From contig DATNQI010000069.1 of assembly GCA_036704125.1 (NCBI GenBank), forward strand, positions 6,170-70,169: 64,000 nt of DNA, in the 5' to 3' direction. Positions within the stretch are counted from its first letter, which is position 1, and every line of letters starts with the position of its first letter. The notes under the pieces are model-generated. The model saw nothing but the letters and a program-made list of their open reading frames with translations, had not been told where the DNA came from and did no database searches. Source of the DNA: Pantanalinema sp. (GTDB lineage Bacteria; Cyanobacteriota; Sericytochromatia; S15B-MN24; UBA4093). Positions 1 through 8,744 of the stretch are shown one piece after another. The translations under genes and the position numbers were made by a program.

Positions 1-3000
1 ACCCTTCGCCACGCGGGGCTGGTCGTGACCCTCGCCATCCACGCGGCGCTCAAGCTCATCGCCCTGGCAGCCGTCGCCCTGCTTTCCCTGCGGCGCTTCC
101 CCTCGCCCTTCGCCGACCCCGCGGTCTGGCCCCACCTGACGATCGGCAGCACCCCCGACAACACCTTCTCGAACTGGATGGGCTACCTGCTGCTGAGCAT
201 GGGCGCGGTCGTCCTGCTGCCCTCCATCTTTCACGTGTGCGTGGTGGAGAACACCCGCGAGGCGGACATCGTGACGGCCCGGTGGGCCTTCCCCCTCCAC
301 TCCCTGGTCCTGTACGCCCTCTTGATCCCCATCGCCCTGGGCGGGGCCCTCGCCGGCCTCTCCGGCGCCGGGGTGCAGGCCTCCGTCCTGGTGCTGCCCT
401 GGCAAGCGGGCTCGCTCCAATTGAGCCTGCTCGCCTACCTGGGGGCGATCGCCGCGGCCTCGGGGATGGCCGTCGTCACGGTCCTGGCGCTCACCAACAT
501 CGTGATGAGCGACCTGCTGCTGCCCGCCCTCAGGCGCCACGTGCACGCGCTGGGGCCCTACCTGCGGCCGCTGAGGTGGGGGATCATCCTCGGCGTCGCG
601 CTGTCGGCCTTCGGGATGTGGGCCCTCACCGACGTCGCCTTCCTCGCCCAGTTCGGCCTGGTCTCCTTCATCGCCGCGGCTCAGCTCGCTCCCGCCTTCT
701 TCCTGGGGCTGGTCTGGCCCGGGCTGCCGGGGCGAGCGGTCACGTGGGGCCTGGGGCTCTCAATTTTCCCCTGGCTCTACACCGCCCTGCTGCCGAATCT
801 CGCCGGCAAGATCCCCCTGCTATCGGCGATCGTCGCGCGCGGACCGTGGGGGATCGACTGGCTTCGCCCCACGGCCATGTTCGGGATGAGCGGGCTGGAC
901 CCCTACGTCCATGCGGCCTTCTGGTGCCTGGCGGCGAACATGGGGGCGATCCTCCTGTGCGCGCTGCGGCGTCCACTGTCGACCGAGCGCGAGCAGCGCG
1001 CGATCGCGCTGCTGAAGGGTGACAAGCGCTCGCTCGGCCTTCACCGCCGGCTCCTCAAGGCGATCTCGCCAGAGGAGATGGAGGCCGTCCTGAGGCGCTT
1101 CCTGGAACCGGATCAGGCCGACTCCGAGCTCGCGCGGATCCGCCGCACCCTCGAGACGGTCGATCTGCCCCTCGAGACCAGGCAGCTGATGGCCCGCCAG
1201 GACCTCGAGCGCGTCCTGAGCGGACCGCTCGGGCCGGCGATCGCCGGCGCCGTGGTCCGGCAGTACTTCCCCATCGCGGAAGAGCCCGTCCCGGACGCCC
1301 TCGAGGCCTTCAAGACGATGGAGCAGGCGCTCGCCCTCAACCGGGCGGACCTGATCAACCGCCTCAAGGAGATGGGCGTCCTCAACGCGGTGGCCGAGCG
1401 CCTGGTGGCCGAGCGGGATCCCGAGCGCATGCTCGCCGAGGTCGGCGCGCTCCTGAGCGACAGCTTCCAGCTCGACCTGGTGGGCACGCTGCTTATCGAG
1501 GGCGACCAGGGGCGCCTGAGCGGCCGGCACGGCTTCAGGGCGAGCGACGATCGCTCGTTCAGGATTCCCGAGGGCTCGGTGCTCGAAGAAGCGATCCGAT
1601 CGCGCGCGCTCCGGGTCCTGACGCTGCCTCTGGAGGTGGACCCGCGCGATCCCTTCATGCGAGGCGAGGGGCTCGAGACCCTGGTCTACGTCCCGATCTC
1701 GCTGCCCGAGAACCTGATCGGCATGCTCGTCTGCGGCATCCGGGGCACGCCCCGGCACGTCTCCCCCGAGTTCAAGAACCTCCTGAGCGCGATCGCCAGC
1801 GAGCTCGCCCTTGCGATCGCCAACGCCCTGCACCGGCAGCGCGAGGACCAGCTCAGGCGGCAGCTCGAGGTCACCCTGGACAACCTGGCGGACGCGGTGG
1901 CGGTGGTCCAGCAAGACGGCCGCATCGTCCTGATCAACGACGCGTTCGCCGGGCTCATCCAGGCCAGCGACAAGGAACGCCTCCTCGGCATGAGCCTCGG
2001 CGAGCTGGTGGCGACGGTCGCGCTCAGGGACCTCTCGGGGACGGCGATCCCCCAGGAGCGCAGCGCGACCTTCCAGGCCCTGAAGGGGAGGAAGATCGAC
2101 CTCCAGGCGTGCTGGACGGGGCTGCAAGGCCGGCGCTACGTCGTCAGCATCTCCAGCGTCCCCATCTTCGACGCCAAGGGGACGGCAATCCAGGCCGTCA
2201 CCGTCATCCGGGACATCACCGAGATCTACCAGCTCAAGGAGGCCCTCGAGGAGCGCGTCGAAGAGCGAACCACCGAGCTCTCGCGCGAGCGGGACCTCCT
2301 CAAGAGCGCCAACGAGAAGCTCGCGGCGGCCCTCGAGGACCTCCGCAGCCTGGAGAAGGTGAAGGCCGCCTTCGTGAACGCCGTCTCCCACGACCTGCGC
2401 ATCCCGCTCACCGGCATCGTCGGCTATGCGGAGCTCCTGGAGGAGGGGATCGGCGGAGCGCTCGGCGAGCAGCAGCTGGACTTCGTGACCCAGATCATGG
2501 AGGCGTCCCGGCGAATGACCCGCCTGCTCAACGAGTTCCTGGACTACGCCCGGATGGAGTCCGGCCAGTTCGCGATCGAGCCGCGCGCGCTCGATCTCGC
2601 GGAGCTCGTCCCGCAGGCGATCGCGGGCTTTCGGCCTGCCGTCGACAAGAAGGGAGTCACCCTGAGCGCGGCGATCGCCCCGGAGCTCCCCGAGGTCTCG
2701 GCGGACCCCGACCGGATCACCCAGATCCTGGGCAACCTGCTCTCCAACGCCGTCAAGTTCACCCCCCCGGGCGGGGAAATCCGGGTGAGCGCCCATCCTC
2801 GCGGGCAAAGCGTCGTGCTCGAGGTGGCCAACGACGGCCCCGGGATCCCCCCCGAGGCCCTGCCCCACATGTTCGAGCGCTTCTTCCAGACCGAGTCGGG
2901 GCGCCAGGCGGGAGGCACCGGGCTCGGCCTCTCCATCGTCAAGAGCCTGGTGGAGGCCCACGGCGGCGAGGTCTGGGTCGAATCGACCCCGGGCAAGGAC

Positions 3001-3033
3001 ACGACCTTCCGCTTCACCCTCCCCGTGGCCTGA
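1..3033 (+). CDS. Sensor histidine kinase, 5'-partial (frame is open from base 1). Polytopic membrane N-terminal sensor domain, then GAF, PAS, HisKA and HATPase_c
   Basis: Multiple hydrophobic TM helices in first ~330 aa. HisKA H-box 'AVSHDLRIPLTGIVGYAELL'. ATPase motifs 'LSNAVKFTPPGGEI', 'DGPGIP', 'GGTGLGLSIVKSLVEAHGGEVWVES'. No stop between base 1 and the listed M at 25. Confidence 0.85.
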   Translation, partial: TLRHAGLVVTLAIHAALKLIALAAVALLSLRRFPSPFADPAVWPHLTIGSTPDNTFSNWMGYLLLSMGAVVLLPSIFHVCVVENTREADIVTARWAFPLHSLVLYALLIPIALGGALAGLSGAGVQASVLVLPWQAGSLQLSLLAYLGAIAAASGMAVVTVLALTNIVMSDLLLPALRRHVHALGPYLRPLRWGIILGVALSAFGMWALTDVAFLAQFGLVSFIAAAQLAPAFFLGLVWPGLPGRAVTWGLGLSIFPWLYTALLPNLAGKIPLLSAIVARGPWGIDWLRPTAMFGMSGLDPYVHAAFWCLAANMGAILLCALRRPLSTEREQRAIALLKGDKRSLGLHRRLLKAISPEEMEAVLRRFLEPDQADSELARIRRTLETVDLPLETRQLMARQDLERVLSGPLGPAIAGAVVRQYFPIAEEPVPDALEAFKTMEQALALNRADLINRLKEMGVLNAVAERLVAERDPERMLAEVGALLSDSFQLDLVGTLLIEGDQGRLSGRHGFRASDDRSFRIPEGSVLEEAIRSRALRVLTLPLEVDPRDPFMRGEGLETLVYVPISLPENLIGMLVCGIRGTPRHVSPEFKNLLSAIASELALAIANALHRQREDQLRRQLEVTLDNLADAVAVVQQDGRIVLINDAFAGLIQASDKERLLGMSLGELVATVALRDLSGTAIPQERSATFQALKGRKIDLQACWTGLQGRRYVVSISSVPIFDAKGTAIQAVTVIRDITEIYQLKEALEERVEERTTELSRERDLLKSANEKLAAALEDLRSLEKVKAAFVNAVSHDLRIPLTGIVGYAELLEEGIGGALGEQQLDFVTQIMEASRRMTRLLNEFLDYARMESGQFAIEPRALDLAELVPQAIAGFRPAVDKKGVTLSAAIAPELPEVSADPDRITQILGNLLSNAVKFTPPGGEIRVSAHPRGQSVVLEVANDGPGIPPEALPHMFERFFQTESGRQAGGTGLGLSIVKSLVEAHGGEVWVESTPGKDTTFRFTLPVA

Positions 3034-3185
3034 AGCAACCTGCCTCCGGTTTGGCCAAGCACTTCCGTCCCCTCGCGAATTGATCCCCGGGCGCTGCGAT
3101 CGCATCATCGGCTCGGAAAACCCCGGCTCGCCCAGCGTGCGAGCAGGGGAAAAGGCAACGCGAGCGTGAGAGGGAGGGCCGAGCC

Positions 3186-5267
3186 ATGAGCGCCACCGCG
3201 AGGATCCGCAACGTCGCCGTCATCGGAGCCCACGGGGTCGGCAAGACGACCCTGGTCGAGTGCATGCTCTTCGACATGACCATGGTCCCGCAGCGTGGGC
3301 GGATCGAGACGGGCAACACCGCCACCGATTTCGACAGCGAGGAGATCCTGCGCCAGATGTCGATCCAGACGGGCATCGCCTCGGGCGAATGGCGCGACCA
3401 CGCCATCAACCTGCTCGACGTGCCGGGCAGCCACGACTTCTCGACCGACGCCCGGCTGGCCATGGCCATGGCCGACGCGGCCGTCCTCGTCGTCAACGCC
3501 GGCAAGGGGGTGGACGCCAACACCCGCAAGGCCTTCGAAACGGCCCGCGAGCTGGGGCTGAGCGTCTTCATCTTCATCAACGGGGTCGAGCAGGACACGG
3601 CCAAGGACTACCCCTTGATCCTGCAGGAGATCCACGAGCGGCTGACCCCCGGTGCGGTGCCGCTCGAGCTGCCCGTCGGCAGGGGCCGGACCTTCAAGGG
3701 CGACGTGGACCTGGTCGGCCTCAGGACCTGGTACTTCGCCCCCGAGTCGGGCGAGGTCACCGAGGTCCCCGACACCCCGCCGGAGCTCGCCGAGCTGGTC
3801 CAGCGCTACCACACCTCCATGGTCGAGGGGGTCGCCGAGCTTCACGACGAGGTCCTCGAGCGCTACCTGGGCGGCCAGGAGCCGGCACAGGCGGAGCTTG
3901 CGGCGCTGCTGCGCGCCGACACCCTCGAAAACAAGCTGGTCCCGGTCATGTGCGGCTCCGCCTTGGGCAACGCCGGCGTGCGTCCCCTGCTGGATGCGAT
4001 CGTCGACCTTCTGCCCTCGCCGCTCGATCGCAGGCCCCCGGCCGTGATCGACCTCGACACCCAGGCCCAGGTCCCGGTGGCCCCCACCCCGGACGCGCCG
4101 GCAGCGGCGGTCGTGCTCAAGACCTTCGCGGATCCCTACCTCGGCAAGATCAGCGTCTTCCGGGTGCTGTCGGGGACGATTTCCTCCGACTCCCACCTCT
4201 TCAACTCCCGGCGCCAGGCCCCCGAGCGGCTGGGCCGCCTCTTCAAGCTCGTCGGAAAGAAGCAGACGCCTGTCGATCGGCTCCTGGCGGGCGACATCGG
4301 GGCCACCACCAAGCTCAAGGAGACCCAGACCGGCGACACGCTGGTGGCCGAGGGTCACTCCCAGCGGCGGCTCGCCTATCCCATGCCGGAGCCTGCGACC
4401 TCCATCTGGTCGGTGGCCATCTCGCCCCTCTCCAAGAACGACGAGGCCAAGCTCGCGATCGCCCTTGCCAAGCTCCGAGAGGAGGACCCCGCCCTGGGGG
4501 TCTCGGTGGAGGGCCGGACCCACCGCACCGTCCTGAGCGGCCAGGGGCAGACCCACCTGGAGGTGACCCTGGCCAAGCTCGCCAACCGCTACAACCTGGA
4601 GGTCTCGCAGGCCGAGCCCGAGGTCCCCTACCGCGAGACGATCGCGGGCCGCGCCCAGGGGCAGGGCAAGCACAAGAAGCAGACCGGCGGGCGCGGCCAG
4701 TACGGGGACGTGTGGCTAAGGATCGAGCCCCTTGCGCGCGGGGCGGGGTTCAAGTTCGTGGACGCGGTGGTGGGCGGGGCCGTGCCGCGCAACTTCATCC
4801 CCGCGGTCGAGAAGGGGGTGCGCGAAACCCTGGAGCAGGGGATCGTCGCGGGCTACCCCATCGTCGACGTCCAGGTGACGCTGTACGACGGCTCATCCCA
4901 CTCGGTCGACAGCTCTGAGATGGCCTTCAAGATGGCCGCGCACCTGGCCATGCGCAAGGTGTTCGCCGAGGCGCAACCGCTGCTGCTTGAGCCCATCCTG
5001 GACGTCCAGGTGTCGGCCCCCGAGGAGGCCCTCGGTGACGTCATGGGCGATCTCAACGGCAGGCGCGCGCACATCGAGGGGATGGAGGGCACCTCCATCC
5101 GCGCCAAGGTGCCCCTTGCCGAGCTCGCGGGCCTGGTGACGGCGGTGCAGAGCATCACCCGCGGCCAGGGGACCCTGGAGTCGACCTTCGCCCACTACCA
5201 GGAGGTTCCGCCCCACCTGCAGGCCAGGCTGCTCTCTGAGCTGAAGGCGGAGACGGCCGCCCACTGA
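3186..5267 (+). CDS. EF-G family translational GTPase paralog, 693 aa
   Basis: P-loop 'GAHGVGKTT', G4 'NGVEQD', full EF-G domain architecture and length. Switch II reads 'DVPGSHDF' instead of canonical 'DTPGHVDF'. Confidence 0.8.
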   Translation: MSATARIRNVAVIGAHGVGKTTLVECMLFDMTMVPQRGRIETGNTATDFDSEEILRQMSIQTGIASGEWRDHAINLLDVPGSHDFSTDARLAMAMADAAVLVVNAGKGVDANTRKAFETARELGLSVFIFINGVEQDTAKDYPLILQEIHERLTPGAVPLELPVGRGRTFKGDVDLVGLRTWYFAPESGEVTEVPDTPPELAELVQRYHTSMVEGVAELHDEVLERYLGGQEPAQAELAALLRADTLENKLVPVMCGSALGNAGVRPLLDAIVDLLPSPLDRRPPAVIDLDTQAQVPVAPTPDAPAAAVVLKTFADPYLGKISVFRVLSGTISSDSHLFNSRRQAPERLGRLFKLVGKKQTPVDRLLAGDIGATTKLKETQTGDTLVAEGHSQRRLAYPMPEPATSIWSVAISPLSKNDEAKLAIALAKLREEDPALGVSVEGRTHRTVLSGQGQTHLEVTLAKLANRYNLEVSQAEPEVPYRETIAGRAQGQGKHKKQTGGRGQYGDVWLRIEPLARGAGFKFVDAVVGGAVPRNFIPAVEKGVRETLEQGIVAGYPIVDVQVTLYDGSSHSVDSSEMAFKMAAHLAMRKVFAEAQPLLLEPILDVQVSAPEEALGDVMGDLNGRRAHIEGMEGTSIRAKVPLAELAGLVTAVQSITRGQGTLESTFAHYQEVPPHLQARLLSELKAETAAH

Positions 5268-5354
5268 GGGGCGGCCGTCACGAAAGTTTGCAATTCCCTC
5301 TCGGTCGACCCTGAACTTATGTGAACCCATCGAGCCTCTCTAGAACGCCGAAAA

Positions 5355-5379
5355 GCCCCGGAGGCAATGCCTCCGGGGC
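5355..5379 (-). terminator. Rho-independent terminator hairpin for the HU gene, also sits between convergent EF-G paralog and HU
   Basis: Perfect 10-bp stem gccccggagg / cctccggggc with 5-nt loop. Minus-strand reading is followed by TTTT (complement of aaaa at 5351-5354). Confidence 0.7.
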
Positions 5380-5392
5380 TCTCGATCAAGCG

Positions 5393-5704
5393 CTAGCGGC
5401 CGCGGCCGGCGCCGGCGAGCTGCTTCTTGCGGCCCTCGATCCGCTCCTTGAGGTTCTTGCCGGCGGTCCAGACCGGGCTCTTCTTGGCGGGGATCTTGAG
5501 GACGGCGCCGGTGCGGGGGTTGCGACCCTCGCGGGCGGCGCGCTGGCGGACCTGGAAGGTGCCGAAGCCGACCAGGGTCACCTTGTGGCCGCGCGACAGG
5601 GCCTGCGAGATGGCCTCGATGGTGGCGTTGAGGCACTCGCCGGCTTCCTTCTGGGAAACCTTCGCCTTGGTGCTGATGGCCTTGATGAGCTCTTCCTTGT
5701 TCAT
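5393..5704 (-). CDS. hup: HU/IHF family nucleoid-associated DNA-binding protein
   Basis: 'MNKEELIKAISTKA...GFGTFQVRQRAAREGRNPRTG' is a canonical HU fold signature, ~100 aa. Confidence 0.9.
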   Translation of the reverse strand: MNKEELIKAISTKAKVSQKEAGECLNATIEAISQALSRGHKVTLVGFGTFQVRQRAAREGRNPRTGAVLKIPAKKSPVWTAGKNLKERIEGRKKQLAGAGRGR

Positions 5705-5794
5705 AGCGGGTCTTTCCTCCTAGTGTGAGATGAAGAGTGTGGGATGGGGCGCCTTTCCTGAACGGCGTAACAAAGTTTAATGAACTTGAGTGTG

Positions 5795-5823
5795 ATTATA
5801 GGAACCCACTTCTGAAAAAGCAA
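5795..5823 (-). promoter_or_regulatory. Sigma70-type promoter for HU (minus strand): TTGCTT-N17-TATAAT
   Basis: Perfect TATAAT (complement of attata 5795-5800) with TTGCTT 17 bp upstream, in an unusually AT-rich island upstream of hup. A T/A tract (gttttttcggaaaaaaaatttt, 5833-5856) lies just upstream and could act as an UP element. Confidence 0.55.
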
Positions 5824-6010
5824 GGGGTCGAGCGTTTTTTCGGAAAAAAAATTTTACAAGCGCGCCTCACCCCTGCCTATCGCCGCCCCCGACACGGCCA
5901 AGGGCGGCCCTTTCAGGGGGGGTGCCGCGGTGCTATACTGAAGAAAAACGATTGCCCGGATCTCGCCCCTCCCGGCCCGAGATCCCGGCCTGTCACGGAG
6001 GGTTAACGCC

Positions 6011-6259
6011 ATCGCCGGCCATTCAAAGTGGGCGAACATCAAGCACACCAAGGCGAAGCAGGACGCCCGAAAAGGCGCCGTGTTCACCGAGATGTCGCGC
6101 GAGATCATCATCGCCGCCAGGACCGGGGGCTCCGACCCCGCGGGCAACTTCCGCCTGTGCCAGGCCATCGACAAGGTCAAGCTCGACGGCGTGCAGCGCG
6201 TCTGCTCCAACTTCGAGCTGCCCGACGCGCTGATGGCCGACCTCCCGGCGCTGGCCTAG
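6011..6259 (+). pseudogene. YebC/PmpR-family N-terminal remnant, ~83 codons, with start codon position occupied by ATC
   Basis: Frame-2 translation '[57 protein letters not shown]...' matches the universal YebC N-terminus '[12 protein letters not shown]...'. GGAGG sits 8 nt upstream of the ATC. Similarity is lost after ~55 codons and there is a stop at 6257-6259; no ATG in frame. Confidence 0.6.
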
Positions 6260-6263
6260 CCCC

Positions 6264-7295
6264 ATGGCTCGTTCGCCGCGCGTCGCCCTCACTGCCCTCG
6301 CCCTCGCCCTCGCGCTGGGGGCGGGGCTCGTCGCTTTCTGGAGGCAAGGCAAGCCCGCGGAGCGCGCCGGGGCGCGCGAGGTGACCCTCTACTACCTGGA
6401 CCCCCAGGCCATGTTCCTGGTCCCCGTCAGCCGCCGCCTTCCTTTGCCTCCCGGCACCGACCGGGCGCTGCAAGCGGCCCTGGATCGGCTCGAAGACGTC
6501 CCGCCGGGCCTCGCGAGCGCCCTTCCCCCCATGACCCGAGCGACGGTCAGTGGGATCAAGGACGGAAAGGCGGGGGTCACCCTTCGCCTCTCGGGCGCTG
6601 CCCCGGGCAGCGGCGGCGAGCAGCTGATGGCCGCCGCCGTGGTCCGGACCGCCGGGGCCATCGACGGGATCCAGGAGGTCGCCCTTTCGCTCGAGGGCCC
6701 CGACGGCAAGCCGCTCGCGAGCGAGCACCTGGACCTCTCGCAGCCCCTCTCGCCCACGGACCCCGGCATGGAGAACCTCTACCTCGAGGGCGGCAACGGC
6801 CTGACCGTGACCATCTACTACCGCGTGCCCCGCTCCTCCTACCTGGTCCCCGTCCGGGTCCCCCTGCCGGCCGCCTACCAGAACGAACCGCTCAAGGGTG
6901 GCTTCGCGCTCCTGCTCGACGGCCCGCCGCCGGCGCTCGCCGCCTTCCTTTCCCCCAGCCTGCCGGGCGCCTGGCGCTGGAACGGCCTCGAGGGGACCAC
7001 CGCCCGCATCCTGTGGAAGGGGAGCGAGCCTCCGCAGCCGCTCGCCATCCGCGCCCTGGCCCTCACCCTGACCGAGCGAGAAGGCATCCGGGCGGTGCGC
7101 ATCGACACGGAAGCAGGCCCCCTCGCGACCAAGGTGGGTCCCTTCGACCTGGGCCGTCCCGTCCCGCGCCCCGAGGCGATCAACCCGCTCGACGACAAGG
7201 TGTCGGTGCTCGGCGCCCCGGGTATGACCGTTAGACCGGCGACGGGCCCCCTCGCGCTCAGGGGCGAGCAGGCTCGCGCCGGGCTCGCCGTTTAA
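6264..7295 (+). CDS. Secreted/lipoprotein-like protein with tandem GerMN (germane) domains
   Basis: Signal peptide 'MARSPRVALTALALALALGAG'. Two repeated blocks resembling 'VTLYYLDPQAMFLVPVSRRLP' and 'VTIYYRVPRSSYLVPVRVPLP'. Sits immediately upstream of the amidase. Confidence 0.65.
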   Translation: MARSPRVALTALALALALGAGLVAFWRQGKPAERAGAREVTLYYLDPQAMFLVPVSRRLPLPPGTDRALQAALDRLEDVPPGLASALPPMTRATVSGIKDGKAGVTLRLSGAAPGSGGEQLMAAAVVRTAGAIDGIQEVALSLEGPDGKPLASEHLDLSQPLSPTDPGMENLYLEGGNGLTVTIYYRVPRSSYLVPVRVPLPAAYQNEPLKGGFALLLDGPPPALAAFLSPSLPGAWRWNGLEGTTARILWKGSEPPQPLAIRALALTLTEREGIRAVRIDTEAGPLATKVGPFDLGRPVPRPEAINPLDDKVSVLGAPGMTVRPATGPLALRGEQARAGLAV

Positions 7296-7313
7296 GCCCC
7301 AGGGAGGGTCCCG

Positions 7314-8738
7314 TTGCGCCGCATCGCCAGCATCTTCGCGCTCGTGAGCGTCGTGGCCTCCGCCGTGACGCTCGCGAGCGGCGCCGAAGCCGCCGAACAG
7401 GCCCAGATCCGCCTCTTCGGCTTCGAGCGCGCCAGCGGCGAGGTCGTGCTCTACGCCGACGCCCCCTTGGCCCCCAAGGCCTTCCACCTGGACCACCCCT
7501 ACCGCTGGGTGGTGGATCTGCCGAACACGCGCTACTCGGGGCTCACCAAGAACCTCGGCCCGATCGCGGGCACCCCCGTCCGGGGCGTGCGCCTCTCCCT
7601 GTTCAAGAGCGGCACCGCCCGGCTGGTCTTCGACCTGTCGCGCAAGGCCGAGTTCCCGCAGGTGGCGACCATCCCCCGCCCCGGCAGCCACAAGCTGGCC
7701 TTCAAGGTGGCCGCCCCGCAGGCTCAGGCGCCGACGCCCCCCCCTGAGCCCGCCTCGCCCGAGCCGACCCCTCGCACCGCCACGCCGCGCCCGGTGATCC
7801 GCCGCAGCCCGCAGCCGCGCGCCACCGAGGCCCCCGCGCGATCCGCGGGCCTCGCCCTTCACCGGGTGGGCGACGGCTGGGAGCTGACCATCACCACCCA
7901 GCAGCCCGTCACCTACGTCCTCTCGCCCCGCACCCGTGCCGACCGCGTGATCTTCGACCTGCAGGGGGCGGGCGCCGAGCTGCCCAAGGACAGCCTGTAC
8001 GTTGACAACGGGCTGATCGCGCGCGTCCGGGTGGCGCCGCTCGGCGACCGAACCCACCGGGTCACCGTGGAGTTCGACCAGCCCATCAAGCATGCCCTCG
8101 ACCTGAGCGAGAACCGCCGCGTCCTCACCCTGAGCCTCGGCGCGGCGGTGCTGGACAAGGGAGCGACCGCCAGCGCGCGCAAGAGCGCCGAGGAGAAGCG
8201 CATCACCATCGACGCGGGCCACGGGGGGATGGACCCCGGCACCATCGGCGCCCACGGCACCCTCGAGAAGGACATCACCCTCCAGATGGCCCTTCGCCTG
8301 CGCAAGCTGATGCAGGACTCGGGGATGGAGGTCCAGATGACGCGCACCGAGGACATGCAGATCATGCTCCGGCCGCGGGTCGACATTGGCGACGCCTTCG
8401 ACTCGGACGTTTTCATCTCGATTCACGCCAACCACGTGGGCGACCCGAGCGTGTCGGGGATCGAGACCTACTACTTCACCCCCAAGTCGCTTCCCCTGGC
8501 CCGCTCGGTCCACAAGCGGCTGGTCAACGCGCTGCAGCGGCGCGATCGCGGCATCCGCCGCAACAACTTCGTGGTGGTCAAGTACAACAAGATGCCCGCG
8601 GTGCTGGTGGAGCTCGGGTACCTCTCGAACCCCACCGAGGAGCGCCTTCTCACGAGTCCCCAGTACCAGCAGCGGGCCGCCGAGGCCATCCTCGTGGGCG
8701 TCCAGGACTACTTCCGGACGCGATCGCTCAAGCAGTAA
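7314..8738 (+). CDS. amiC: N-acetylmuramoyl-L-alanine amidase (AmiC-like) with two N-terminal AMIN domains and a Pro-rich linker
   Basis: Amidase_3 motifs 'ITIDAGHGGMDPG', 'FISIHANH', 'VLVELGYLSNPTEERLL'. Two AMIN-like repeats before a PQAQAPTPPPEP linker. Confidence 0.85.
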   Translation: MRRIASIFALVSVVASAVTLASGAEAAEQAQIRLFGFERASGEVVLYADAPLAPKAFHLDHPYRWVVDLPNTRYSGLTKNLGPIAGTPVRGVRLSLFKSGTARLVFDLSRKAEFPQVATIPRPGSHKLAFKVAAPQAQAPTPPPEPASPEPTPRTATPRPVIRRSPQPRATEAPARSAGLALHRVGDGWELTITTQQPVTYVLSPRTRADRVIFDLQGAGAELPKDSLYVDNGLIARVRVAPLGDRTHRVTVEFDQPIKHALDLSENRRVLTLSLGAAVLDKGATASARKSAEEKRITIDAGHGGMDPGTIGAHGTLEKDITLQMALRLRKLMQDSGMEVQMTRTEDMQIMLRPRVDIGDAFDSDVFISIHANHVGDPSVSGIETYYFTPKSLPLARSVHKRLVNALQRRDRGIRRNNFVVVKYNKMPAVLVELGYLSNPTEERLLTSPQYQQRAAEAILVGVQDYFRTRSLKQ

Positions 8739-8744
8739 GGTCGA

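Noticed and set aside
820-3108. 762-aa minus-strand ORF antisense to the histidine kinase (and similar long antisense ORFs at 6177-8513, 10490-12292, 28548-31745, 49264-53166, 22105-24084, 24162-25898)
   Set aside because: Arg/Gly/Pro/Asp-rich low-complexity translations typical of stop-codon-poor antisense frames in GC-rich DNA. Each is fully covered by a well-supported gene on the other strand.
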